A stretch of 64,000 bases of DNA. It comes from Hydrolagus affinis (taxonomy: Eukaryota). The position numbers and the translations under genes were made by a program. Below are positions 1 to 11,740 of the stretch, in pieces (position 1 is the first letter of the stretch; each line of letters starts with the position of its first letter). The notes under the pieces were generated by a model. It saw only the letters and a list, made by a program, of their open reading frames with translations, was not told the DNA's origin and did no database searches. Where the stretch lies: positions 1-64,000 of the forward strand of contig JAAILG010000806.1 of NCBI GenBank assembly GCA_012026655.1. The letters run 5' to 3'.

Positions 1-328
1 GGAGAGAGACGGGAGGGAGAGAGATGGGTGGGGGGGTGAGACGGGGAGGGGGTGAGGAGAGAGACGGGGGAGAGACGGGGGGGGAGAGAGACGGGGGGGG
101 AGAGAGATGGGGGATGGGGGAGAGAGACGGAGGAGAGAGACGGGGGGGTGGGGGAGAGACAGGGGGGGGAGACGGGGTGGGGGGAGAGACGGGGGGGATG
201 TGATAATATACAGTAAGATAGATAGATAGAGATGGGGGGGATGTGAGAGAGGAGAGAGACACAGAGACACAGACAAAAAAACACACAGATGGAGAGAGTG
301 AGTGTGAGAGACACACAGAGAGAGAGAT
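1..328. repeat. Polypurine low-complexity tract (GGGG-GAGAGAGAC units grading into GA/CA microsatellite)
   Basis: Repeated gggggagagagac/gagacggggg units, almost only G/A on the + strand. Confidence 0.9.
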
Positions 329-352
329 ATTTACCTCCTGAGGAGATAGGCC

Positions 353-401
353 CCGAATGCGCGTGCACCTCCGAATGTGCGTGCATCTCCGAATGACCCT
401 A
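353..401 (-). mobile_element. Probable terminus of a hAT-like element related to the 3833-4261 MITE
   Basis: Minus strand reads TAGGGTC (401-395), the same 7 bp as the left end of the 3833 MITE, followed by 18-bp ATTCGGAG(G/A)TGCACGC(G/A)C repeats also seen at 3934-4017. Confidence 0.5.
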
Positions 402-421
402 CTAGTTTGCTTTTCTAAATA

Positions 422-778
422 CAGTCCAGTAAAACTTTGTTTATCCGGTACCCAATCAACAACCGGCATACTCAACCAACCAGTATCTCCCAATTGTAAT
501 GGGAGATCCGGGACACTCGCAGTATGCTCACTTATTAAACTTACCGAACACTGGAATGCTTTTTTACCGATCATTTTACCGAGTGTGCTGGAATGCGTTA
601 TTGGTAAGTATCCATATAATATGCTGTTGTTATTTAGTCTATTATTAATATGGTATGTTTTAAAATAAGTTAATTTTTTGTGTAGGATTTTCGGCAACTT
701 GCCGCTCGAATATCCGGCATATTTGATTAGCCAGCACAGGGCAGGTTCCGAAGGTGCTGGATAACGAAGGTTGGACTG
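422..778. mobile_element. Tigger/pogo-like non-autonomous DNA transposon (MITE)
   Basis: TA|CAGTCCA...TTATCCGGTACC at left and GGTGCTGGATAACGAAGGTTGGACTG|CA at right form imperfect TIRs; CAGT ends with TA target are typical of Tc1/mariner-pogo. Confidence 0.6.
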
Positions 779-1679
779 CAATTAATTGGCACTATGTATT
801 CTCACTATCAGACAGGAATATACATTAAGGGACAAAGTTGTCTCAAATACCAAAAGGAACTTAAAGAAGCCATTTCCTTCCTGTTGTACAAATTTCCAGT
901 TACATCTTCACAATGGAAAAATAATAATGGAATAATAAAAAACTATATTTTAATGATCAGTACGTTTATGCCCAGAAACAGAATGTCAGACTGAACTCAA
1001 GTGTTAACTTCTGGTAGAGCTATTTCAGTATACGATAATAAAATCCTGAGATTGTTCAATTTATTTGGTTCCAATGTTATTGGTTCTTGGTTTATTTGAG
1101 AAGAAAACTTCAAGACTTCAAAGGTGTTACAAGCTATAAATGTGTATCTGTTGTCACAAAACTGTGAGATATTACTTCATGTCCATAGATCCCCAATGCA
1201 ATGAGTTCTGTATCTTAGTTGTGCTGTCAGGGGAGCACTTGAAGAGCAGATAACCCATATCCTCACAGACCACCAAGAAAACATCTGGGAGTGAGTAACG
1301 AATGGCTCACTGATACAATTCACAAGCACCACTGTCTGAGTGCAAGAGGGTGCATGGGACAGGGGAAATCTAAGTTAGGCAGACTGATATACAAGGGAAT
1401 ACAGCTACATTATTAGCTGTGTACACAACTGTGAAATAATTGAAATCTGATGTGCTTATGCAACTTATATAAACTACAGTCCACATAATGTCACTCTAAG
1501 TTATCTTTTCATTTCATATCAATTCATATTGCATGGCTCATAAGAGGAAAAAGTGGATCACTATCTGTCACAGGCGATAGCTGTATTCTTTATGGCAACG
1601 CTTCATCGCCACTCTATTTGAGTCTATATTGTAAACAATTTCTAACTGAGCCATGGGATCTATAATTTCCATCAGAGTG

Positions 1680-1830
1680 GGCTCCTCGGTTTCCGTCTTT
1701 TCTGAAGAACGGCAGTTCTGACAATTCATCCTACACTACCAGCACTACCATAATGTGTCAACCTAGAATATGAGTTTAAAGTCCTGATGTGGAACTTGAA
1801 TCCATAACCCTCTGACCTAAAAACTAAGAA
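1680..1830 (-). mobile_element. Old tRNA-derived SINE fragment (SacSINE/DeuSINE-like)
   Basis: ctcggtttccgtcttttctgaagaacggcagttctgaca...tgtcaacctaga...ggaacttgaatccataaccctctgac resembles the same SINE body seen at 28640-28760 and 51190-51420. Confidence 0.45.
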
Positions 1831-2048
1831 TGAGAGTGTTACTGACAGAGAGACTGTGATGAGAGTGATACCAACTGATGCCTTTCCTTTCACACATGTC
1901 TAGGAATAACACATCAAGAAGCATAATGAACCAATATTGAAGTCAACTTCCAGGATACCCAAGACCTAGAAATCTACCACCTTGTCTTAGCCTGTAAGCC
2001 CACTTTTTCATTAATAATTATACAGAATTGTGGAAAACTCTTGAAATC

Positions 2049-2450
2049 ACAACAACACCAACAACTTGCATTTACATAATGACCTTCATGCAGGTCAGCG
2101 TCTTGGAGCACTTAACAGTGATGGTGCCTGACACCGAGTGGTGCGGAGGGAGTACGGCCAAAGGGGAAGGTCTTCAGTCGTGAACTAAAGAGGAATGGGA
2201 TTGAGGGAGAGAGTACCAAAGCTTCGGGGCGTAGTGGTTGAAAGTGTGGCTGCTGATGGTAGAGTGGAGGGCAAAAGGGACAAGTGGGTTAGTGGGTCCT
2301 GGAGTGGGTACTGGAGTGGGGAGAAAGGAAGCCAGAAAAGTAGGGATGTGTCAGGGTGAGAAGGGATTTTAGACAAGTGAGAAGATCTTGAAATCGACCA
2401 GTTCTGTGATAGGGAGCCTGTGAAGCCCAATAAGGACTGGTGTGATGGGG
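2049..2450 (-). mobile_element. L2 LINE 3' fragment
   Basis: (CAA)n tail plus cttgcatttacata at left; body encodes degenerate HW-P--R--FKI and PRxW motifs of the L2 ORF2 C-terminus on the minus strand. Confidence 0.75.
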
Positions 2451-3832
2451 ATAATTTAGTGTTAATTTGGAAGTCTTTTTTTTCACAATTGCTAAACAAG
2501 ATTTACAAATTACAAATTAAGACTGGATTGAAGAATTTTCCATAATTAAGTGGTCTTAAATTTTAAGAGTAATGGTCTCACAGGCGAAGACGAGGAGAGA
2601 TGTCAGGCCACGGATGTGTAAGCACAGACATGTGACACATTAGATCAAGAGTCTGAATTTAATACCGAACCAGCAAACGACAAGTAACAGTCATCACTTT
2701 GTAAGATAGCTTCCTCAAAACAAGTGACGTTTCGTGATTGGGGCTTGCAGCTTCCCCAGTTGTAATTAGAAATGGTTGTCTGTGATCTCAGTCTCTCCTG
2801 AGTCTGCCTGTCTGCCTTGTTTTTCAGCTTCTTCATTCCTACTGTAGAAATCAGGCTGGATTCCATATCAGTAGAATTGTGGCCATTAGCAAAGAGAGAG
2901 GTTGAGGAAGGGAGTATGTTTTCTGTATGAATTAATGTTATTTTATCATGCATTGAAGCGCTAATGCCTGGCAAGTGGCTACAGATAACTTCCTGACTGA
3001 ACCTGCAGCAGTAATGTCACAATCATTCATCCTCTTGTTAATCCTTTTAAGAACATGACAGTGGCTGCCTGGATTAGCAGCAGCTTCTTGCATAAAAGTT
3101 ACCAAATGAAATAGAATTCACATATAAATGTAGAATAAATAACAGATGCCATGGATTGATATCAGGGTAATAATCTGTAAAGAGCCGCAGAAATGAGGCA
3201 CAAATTTCTTCAGTAAATATACTTATTGTAAAAGGGATCAGTGAAATGGCTTTTGATTCACTACACTCACCCTTCACCCCACTCCAGTCTCTATTAATTC
3301 TTCTACTAAATGGCTCTAGATCTAGAATGTTTACCGATTTCAGCACAGTAAAAATTTCCTATTTCAGCAGGGAAAAAGAAAAAGCACAACAATTTAAAAA
3401 AAATCTAATTGTATATACATACAAGGATTTGGTAAAGTGGGTTTTAATGCATCCCAGATGGAAGGAATGAAAAGTACAATATCTTCTGTCTGCTCACTGC
3501 AAGCCTACGTGTGATGTGTTTGTCCAATTTCAACCTGGTGGCAGTGAGTGCAGAGAACAAAACCACCCAGATTTCGAAGATGACAGTTTAGTCAGGTGTT
3601 CAAATGGAAACATTCACAGCACCGCAAGAGTTGGTGTGAATGTGAAGTTGAGTTTAAGGGCAAGTTAGCAGAAGCAGATAACACATTTGCATCGTGTTGC
3701 AAAATATCTGATCTGAAAGTGTGCGAAAAAGGTTCCATCTCTTGGCATTGATCTTGTTGAACATAAAATGGCAGTACAATAATTAAATTAAGAAAATACC
3801 TCAGTTTTTCGCTTACACTTTTTGGTGTCATC

Positions 3833-4261
3833 TAGGGTCCGTCGATATGGAAATTTTCCGATATCGATATATCGGTTGACTCATATCGATATATACTGAT
3901 ATATCGATATCTCTGGAGTTTTTTGCACTACACATGCGCGCGCATTCAGAGGTGCGCGCGCATTCGGAGGTGTGCATTCGGATGTGCGCGCGCATTCGGA
4001 TGTGCGCGCACATTCCGTGCTCTAGGCCCAGGAGGTTTGAAATGCTGGCGACAAGGTAAGTTGAAAAAGTTCGCTTTATACTGATATATACCGATATATC
4101 AATATATCGCCAGACACGATATACCGATATTTGCGATATATCGATTTTTTTTAGATATCGAATTTTTCGATATATCGATATATTTGGATTTCCAATATCG
4201 GCATATCAATATGAAAAATTATACCGATATAACCGATATATCGATATATCGCCGGACACTA
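3833..4261. mobile_element. hAT-superfamily MITE, 429 bp, with perfect 8-bp TSD
   Basis: TSD GTGTCATC at 3825-3832 and 4262-4269; TIRs TAGGGTCCGTCGATAT versus reverse complement of right end TAGTGTCCGGCGATAT (14/16); many subterminal CGATAT/ATATCG repeats. Confidence 0.9.
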
Positions 4262-4283
4262 GTGTCATCTGAGTTGCTCGATA

Positions 4284-4594
4284 ACAATAATAACCCTCAC
4301 ATTTGATATAATTACATGGAGATGTCATGGAGATTAGGTCATGGAGATGTCTCTAATGCTTCACAGAACATATTGTAAAGTGAATTGACTGTATATTTTG
4401 TGAGCGAAACACAGCAGACAATTTTGCACATCAGTGTCTCACAAACAGCCATGGATTGAGTGACAAAATTATTATTTATTTTTGAAGGGATTATTATCAC
4501 AGGGAAAGGCATCCATCGATTGACTAGCAACTGGGTTCCTACTTACTGCTAGATAAACAGAGGCGTGTGGAGTTGGGAAACTTGCCTAAGGTTT
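4284..4594 (-). mobile_element. tRNA-derived Deu-core SINE, interrupted by the 4595-4775 insertion
   Basis: aataataa tail, gcttcacagaacatattgtaaagtgaattgactgtatatttt, ggaaacttgcctaaggttt match the full copies at 40788 and 58183. Confidence 0.7.
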
Positions 4595-4775
4595 GAAACA
4601 AAAACAGAAGTCGCTGGGACCACTCAGTAGGTCAGGCGAAGTTCTGACAAAGGGTCCAAAACATTGACTCACTTTTCCTTTCTCCATCGAAGCTGCCTGA
4701 CCTGCTGAGTGTTCCCAACGACTTCTGGTTTTGTTTCAGATTTCCAGCATCTGCAGTGTTTTGTGGGGTTTTTTA
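4595..4775 (+). mobile_element. Penelope-like retroelement end with inverted duplication, flanked by a 10-bp direct repeat
   Basis: Arms 4594-4637 and 4695-4738 are inverted repeats (GCCTGACCTGCTGAGTGTTCCCA motif); CCTAAGGTTT at 4585-4594 and 4776-4785; homologous to 11364-11463. Confidence 0.65.
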
Positions 4776-6439
4776 CCTAAGGTTTTGCCTTGCCAGGGAT
4801 GCATTCACTGTCCAGTAATTTGCTTTATTAGCCATCCACTGGTTGTTAGCTCTGTTCAGCTCCGAGTCCAAAGACTCCATGTTACAACTCCTCATTGGAA
4901 TGTGAATTCGCAGTTCAGGCTGAAACACTTCAGTGCTGCACTGGGGTGTGCTTCAATGTCAAACATTCTGTCTTTCAGGTGAGACATTGATCGTAAATTT
5001 GCATTGTTTCATGACCCTGTGCTTTTATTAACTACAAGATTAGAGAAAGCCAACTTAATTCAGTTAGTTTCCCCTCAGTGGGGTTGAAATGCAGATTATT
5101 ATTGATCTTAAAACAATGTTTTAATTGGGAAATTCCCTTGAACTATACTACTGTAGAGGTAAGAGGGGTGGGAGCAGGCTCAAGGCCTATCACACTTAAT
5201 TATTATTTTAATTAATTTTTTGCCAAACCTTTTTACACATGCTTTTTAAAGAGTAGGAATGTTGGAAGGAGGGCTAGGTGATTTGTCATCTTAACAACCT
5301 GAAATTCTTCGCAATTCTTTGCATGTGTTACAATTAGTGAATGGGTGGTTTTCATACCCAATATCGGTAATAGAGCTTGAAGTTAGTTTTTGTTTTGATA
5401 GATCTAATGAGCTACATGGAAACGGAGGAAGGATTTCAATGTACTTTCACAACGCTTCGTGTAGCATACCTTGAATGACATAAATGCAAAGGTTACAACC
5501 CTTCTTTAGCATCTGGAAGGGTAGGCCAATCACTAGAAGCAGCGAATGATTCCACTCAACTTCTGTTAATGCTGTAAGCCAAACCTTTAACAGGTAGGCT
5601 GCCTAGCCGGACAAGTAATGGAAAAGATTGACAGACAGCAATATCAAGGACAAGCTGTGCGGTTTTATTTGGTTAGACCACAACACACACTCTAGGGTCC
5701 CCAAGCCTTGGCTCTTGCCAACCTGTGCCTAATTTTGTTCGGAATTAGGTAAGCAGGATGCATCTGACAGTTGAACTTTGTAGCTATGAAAATATAAAAT
5801 AAAAACCTTGTCTAAATAATATAAAACTGATAAGCAGAAACGTACAGTTTGTACTAGAAGTACTTTATCTTTTTCAAAGAGAATGTGTTGTGTGCATTCA
5901 CGTGCCTTAAACTGTCATGGCTGTTCAATCCAAGCAAGTCAACAAAGTCTAGCCAACCATTGTAAGAAACATGTTTCTGCCTCTTGCTGAAGAACTTAAT
6001 TCAAGAAAAACTTGCATGCCGCTGAAGAAGGGTAGCATGCAATTCAATACTTCTTATATTTAGATAGGCGTCAAATACCTACAGATGCTATCCAAACAAG
6101 ATTCTATTCACAATGAAGAATTTAACTTTCCCGGAGGGATTGACAGCAGAAGCTCTGCGTGTTTTTGTTACTTACAGTGTCAGCTGTTGGTTTGGGCCAA
6201 TCCTATAGAAAGCAAATAAAAAGTCTCTGAGGAACAAAGGCGTTTTTAATGTCAGTGTAATCAATGCAATGCAACGCATATTGCGGGCCCCAAAGTAATG
6301 CAAAAAATCATCGAAATGGGAGGATTTGAGTGTGCTGTGCTCCTGCCTTTTGTTAAATACCTGTATAGTGAAAACCAGAACTCTCCCCAGCCTCCATCCC
6401 TCTCCCCCCTTGCCCTCTTTTCCCCCTTTCTCTCCGGCC

Positions 6440-6813
6440 CCATTCCTGCGACTGTTTGTGGGACGCTGCTGTGCGCAATTTGGCTGCCACGTTTCACCCA
6501 CAAGTATACAGTTGGCTTTCCTGCTCTCCTTCCCCCTCCCCCGACCCTTCCCCTTGACATATTTTCTCCCCCATTTCCTTTAATCCCACTTCCATGACTG
6601 TTTGTGGGACATTGCTGTGCGCAATTTGGCTGCCGCGTTTTGCCCACAAATATACAGTCAATTTTCCTACTCTTCTTCGTCCTGCCCTGACCACCCCACC
6701 AACCTTCTGCTCTTGTCCCTACCTGACTGTACAGCACCTTGGGAAATCCTCTCGACATGAAAGGCGCTATATAAATATGAGTTTTGATTCATTCATTCAT
6801 TCATTCATTCATT
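6440..6813 (+). mobile_element. Composite SINE-like element: two tandem Deu-type cores, L2 3' tail and (ATTC)n
   Basis: GACTGTTTGTGGGAC.(C/T)TGCTGTGCGCAATTTGGCTGCC.CGTTT..CCCACAA.TATACAGT occurs at about 6450 and 6596; then cagcaccttgggaaatcctctcgacatgaaaggcgctatataaat and (attc)n. Confidence 0.7.
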
Positions 6814-9800
6814 CTCATAACAAAGAACCTGATTATGTCAATTCGTCTCTAACTCAGTGTTTTGAGTCCTGAACTTTTCTCACATTTCTCTGGACCCTAT
6901 CTGGTGAATAAATATCACATCTCCAGAGGCAGTGTGGAAGTACAAACTGTATCTCATTAGAATTGGTAACTTTGGTACATAAATGCTGCTGTCATTCTCT
7001 GTAGGATTATTCATTATAGTATCAGACACTAGCGTGGGTTATGACATTTGAAGTCATTTATTGAGTTGAGCAGAGTCACCCCCAAGGATTGTTATTTAGA
7101 AACTTGTTTTTATATTGTAAAAACACACTGTGTCGCTGCAGCAATATTTGAGAGCTACTCCACCCCCAGAGAACAATCTGATTGCCAACTCCTGAAGACA
7201 CTGAAACTATCTCTTCCAGATACTTGTTTTAAGAAGAAAGGTTTGCTGCATTGTTTTTCTTTGATTGTGTGCACGAAACTTTAAAGCGCAGTGGAAAAAA
7301 AAGAAAAGAAATCTCACTGACTCACCAGTGAGAATGGACCATACAGAGAGCAAACAAACCTTATGCTTAAAAAATGGCGATTTCACAATGTGTAACCAAT
7401 CTTGAATGAAATACAATCAGCTGGGTGCCTGAAATAGTCTCATTCACCCACAGGATCCTGAACAACAGGTCTCCCTCACTGCCACCATTCATTCCATTTT
7501 TTATCTCAAAGCCACTTCACTGCTTGATCCTTGACTTTGTAAATGGCCCGAAGGAAATCCTTCTGTTGCGAGCCCAGGAGCTCAGAACTATAAAGAACTA
7601 TTGGCGTATATTCCACAGGCTTTGCTATCATTGATAAAAGATAAAAGCGACCAGAAGTCTGTTTGCCCCTTCTCAGCAAGGATAAACTTTCTATATTGTT
7701 TAATGTTTCTATAGAAATGTGATGGATTGTTGTAAAGGGCCTTTCAATTGAGAAGGGGCTTTTACATTAATCTATAAATTTCTGTAAAAATTAATTATGC
7801 AAATTCCAACATGGGATGTTTACAGTCAGATGTTATTTGGCCCATCGTATCTGCTGCTCCTAACACTTGGAGTACAGCCATTTAATCTAATCGTATTCCC
7901 CTGCTCTCTTGCTGTACCGTTTCACATGATTTTCCTCAAGCATTTACCCAGCAACCAGCTACTTGCTATTTAATTACAGAAGAAATAGTCAGAACTGGTA
8001 CTACTCCAATCAACAGTAAAGTTCCCATAGGGTTGCGTTAATACAATCTAAAATCTACCTAGGAACATATTAATGGGGACACTGCTCTGAGAATTTAATT
8101 GAGCACGAAGCTGGGGTGCAGCAGTTCAGTTCAATGCATTCTCCTCATAATGCAAATATTTCAGAAAGATTTCAATTTAGTCTATTGATAAATATGTGCT
8201 CTCTGCTACCCTCATTTCTGCGCAATGATAATTAATGCTGATCTAAAGATCTTTTACTAACTCATATTGAAAAAGTAATCAAATTTTCCAACTAATTAAG
8301 TAATTTAACTTCATGCTTACTTACCTCTCATGGCAGTGAAGAATAAAACCATTAACTATCAATTATTTTTAATATTATTATAGAAATGTTTAAAGGACAC
8401 GAGCATGAAAACATTAAATCATCTTAAAATCATCAGAAAACCTGTAATAGATTGTATTCAACAAACAGAATATTGACTATGCCAGTATATATATATATAT
8501 ATACTGCTTAATTTATGCTACAATTTATTTGCAGGGGAATCTGTTTGAAACTGTAAGGATTCTGTAATTAATGTATTATATATTATCTGAAAGTATAATT
8601 GTGAAAGACATTTTCATTAATCTGTATATACATTTAAAATATAACCTACCCATAATCTGTTAATAATGTCTATCTTAGCAGGAGTCAAAAGTAGCTTTGC
8701 TGGACCGGTTGTGGTCAGCCACTGATTACATTCCATATTTTCCTGGGAAGATGTTCACTGCTCTGAGATAATGAGCAATTGGGTCCTTGAGCATAAATGT
8801 ATGAACAATGGACCACAGAAAGAAAAGGCTACAGCCTCAGACACCTGCCTATCTCAAGGCTGAAAAACAAGCAAGCTGAGGAAGGCTATCCAAAAATTGT
8901 CCATATTGCTCTCTCTGTAAAGCAGCTTGAGGTGGGTGGGGGTTTCACTTCATTTTCTTCCAGAGTAAAAACTGCAGACAAAGAATCCATCTTGTCAAAG
9001 ATAAAATAGGTGAAAGGTCATCTACCAGCTGGATAAAGAGATATTGATTTGGGAAGAGAATCAGAAGAGACAGGGAGTTGGAACTTGGAGTCGCGAACCA
9101 TATTCCAGCTTCTAAAGAAAGAAATTCAAGACTAACACTTAAACAAATGTCAACAACTTTATCAATGCTCTCAAACTAAGCAACAGTACTGCAATATCTG
9201 GATATCTTTTTGCTGATCGAACAAGCAGCTGTGCAACAGTACCTGAATACCTATCTTTAGACATTAAATTGGACATTACTCCTCCATCTCTTCCGCAACA
9301 TTTGGTTTGGCCATACCTTAATCGTTGTAAACTGTACGTGGATACATAAGCATTATTATGTTGTATTCTTTTAACTATGGATAACCATTACTAATTTGAA
9401 TTAATAAAACTTGATTAATTGTACAAGATTTGTGTCAGTCTTTACTTCACCACAGGGTTAAATTGGACATATCTTACAAAATGCAGTAAAACAAAATCAC
9501 ATAAATGGTTCCAAGCAAGTAGCCCAGCTGAGAGACCAAATCAAGGAAGTGGTCTGAGCAGGACATTGATCCACACCACACAGGTATGAATCCAACTGTA
9601 CAAACCAATTTAATTCTCTCCTCAGAAATAATTTTTCTCAACAGTCACCTTCATGGACTTTAGTGGAGATCTACATATGTGAATAGCTGCACACGTACAC
9701 ACTACTCCTCAGTGTCCATAGAGAGTGATTATATGTGGATGTAGATAATTCTTGCATTTGAGATAGTGCATCATCTCATCTTCGAGACATCTCAAAGCAC

Positions 9801-10794
9801 TTCACAGAAATATATTGTAAAGTGAATTGACCGTCTATTTTGTGGGATGTTAAGCCCACAAAATAGTGTTAAGCAGGCTCTACCCATGGCTCAGTGTGCA
9901 GATTGACACATTACATGCTGTGATTCTGAACCATGATGACAAGGAAGTGTTGAGATCTGGTCCTTCATTTGGTTTGATTTCAACCAGGGTAGCAGTGAAT
10001 GGGTTGGAATGTGCCTCACTGCCCTTGGATAAAGGATGGGAAAATTGAATTACATTCCTGATAAGTATCCAATGACCTCTGTCGAGACGTACATGTCTAA
10101 TGGCATTGACTGAGTAAAGAACTGGGTTCAGCTGTGATTTCATTGCAGCCTTCCAAATCCACAGTGACACATGGTCTCTTGGATAAGGCAGTAAAAAAAA
10201 AGGGCTGCTGAACGTTTAGGGAAATAGTCTGTGCTTTCAGGAAGCAATGCCTGATGACTAAAGAAAATTTGTAAATCATATTACAGATGAAAAACCTGAA
10301 TAAGATTTCTATTTTGTTACGATCACAAATACAGTGCTTCTCCTGTAAAACCATGACATTTCCTGGTTATACAGGAGAACCAGGATGGAAAGTAAACAGT
10401 TTTGCAGTGTTTTTGGTTCATTCCCAGCCATCAATATGGGGAATATTGATTAAAGTTTAAATAAACATTTGGAAAATTAATTGCTTCTCTCCATCTCTCT
10501 CAGCTACTCTACTCTTTTTGTTTTCTCATTCAGTTTTCACTTATGATTTTTTTTGCTACCTCTGCTTTTCTAACTCATGAATTATTTATTTCATTCCCCC
10601 TTTCTTCCTCTGAATTAATAAAATCTATATTGAGGATGAGTTTTTTTTTCCAGCCTTTTTTTTTGTCATTGGTGTCTTGTTTTTAAACTTACAGCAAATT
10701 CTTGTTATTATTGACAAACACATGGGAAACCAGAGAAGTTACCAATGCGTGGCTGCAGTTTATTAGTTGAGTTCAAAGACTCATTACATTATTT

Positions 10795-10994
10795 TAGGGT
10801 GGTCCAAACATTTGGCTGCTGAGGGCCTGATGCCCTCTTTGAGAAAATTTTGCAGGCCGCATAAGCAATATTTTTGTGTTTCCCTGCCAGAAACATAATG
10901 TAGATTTACAGGTTATGGAGAGCGTGGATGGGCCAAATGAAATTGAAGGAGAGGAAGGTGAAATTGGCCCGGGGGCCACCAGCTGGTCACCCTG
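10795..10994. mobile_element. Degenerate hAT-Charlie-like MITE
   Basis: TAGGGTGGTCCAAAC at left, GCTGGTCACCCTG at right, internal GGGCC/GGCCGC motifs; TSD not clear. Confidence 0.4.
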
Positions 10995-11363
10995 CATATT
11001 ATTAATTTTGAGAGATTTCAATACAATATACATTTATCTAGCACTTGACATCTCAAAGTGCTGAACACCATTTTCTGGACCCCTGAGCCACTGATCAGAG
11101 ACAAAGTGTGCATGTATGTGTGTGGGTGTGGTGGGGGAGAAATTACAGAAATTGCAATCAAAAGTGTGTCTTGAGACAGACATTGAAGGAGTTAAGGGGT
11201 GAGAGCACATCAGAGCGACTCTAGGATGGAGTTCCAGAGCATGAGGGGAGAATGATTAGCAGTATGGAGCATTCGGCAACCCACACAGGGAAGGCAAAGC
11301 ATCAGTAATTCTGACGAGCTCCTGCAGTACAGAGGACCTCAGCTCCATATTGCTGTCTAGGTA

Positions 11364-11740
11364 CAAAAACAAAAGTTGCTGGGGAAACTCAGCAGGTCAG
11401 GCAGCATCCATGGAGAAAGGAAAAAGAGTCAACGTTTCGGGTTTACAACCCTTTGTCAGAACTGGGGCTTGTTTGGAAGGAGAGGTTTCTTAAGGACATT
11501 AAAGGGGGCGAGGCAGGATATGGAAGACAAACTAGACAAAGAAGATAAAGGAAAAGGAAAAAAGAGTGTGTTAACTGATGGGTTGAATATGTGTTGATGA
11601 CTTCAGAGGGAGAAACAGAAGGGCGTGGGTCTAAACAAAACTGGGGAGAAGAGGTGTTTAGTGATGATAGAACAAACAAAACACCAGAGAGGCAAGGGGT
11701 GTCTGGAGTTATGATTGTGATGGGTTGGGGGAGGAAACTG
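11364..11740 (-). mobile_element. Penelope-like retroelement 3' fragment
   Basis: Minus strand: pyrimidine-rich body then TTCTGACAAAGGGTTGTAAACCCGAAACGTTGACTC...GATGCTGCCTGACCTGCTGAG; same family as 4595-4775. Confidence 0.6.
11427..11463 (-). ncRNA. Minimal type I hammerhead-ribozyme-like motif (variant core, activity unknown)
   Basis: AGUU-CUGACAA-A-GGGUU(GUA)AACCC-GAAAC-GUU-GACU: stem I AGUU/GACU, stem II GGGUU/AACCC, GAAA box, palindromic AACGUU stem III; G8 of CUGANGA is A. Confidence 0.5.

Noticed and set aside
3828-4013. Repetitive ORFs (MCAHIRMRAHIR..., also 357..668) and possible CRISPR-like array
   Set aside because: Translations of a transposon minisatellite; no unique spacers, no cas genes, vertebrate context.
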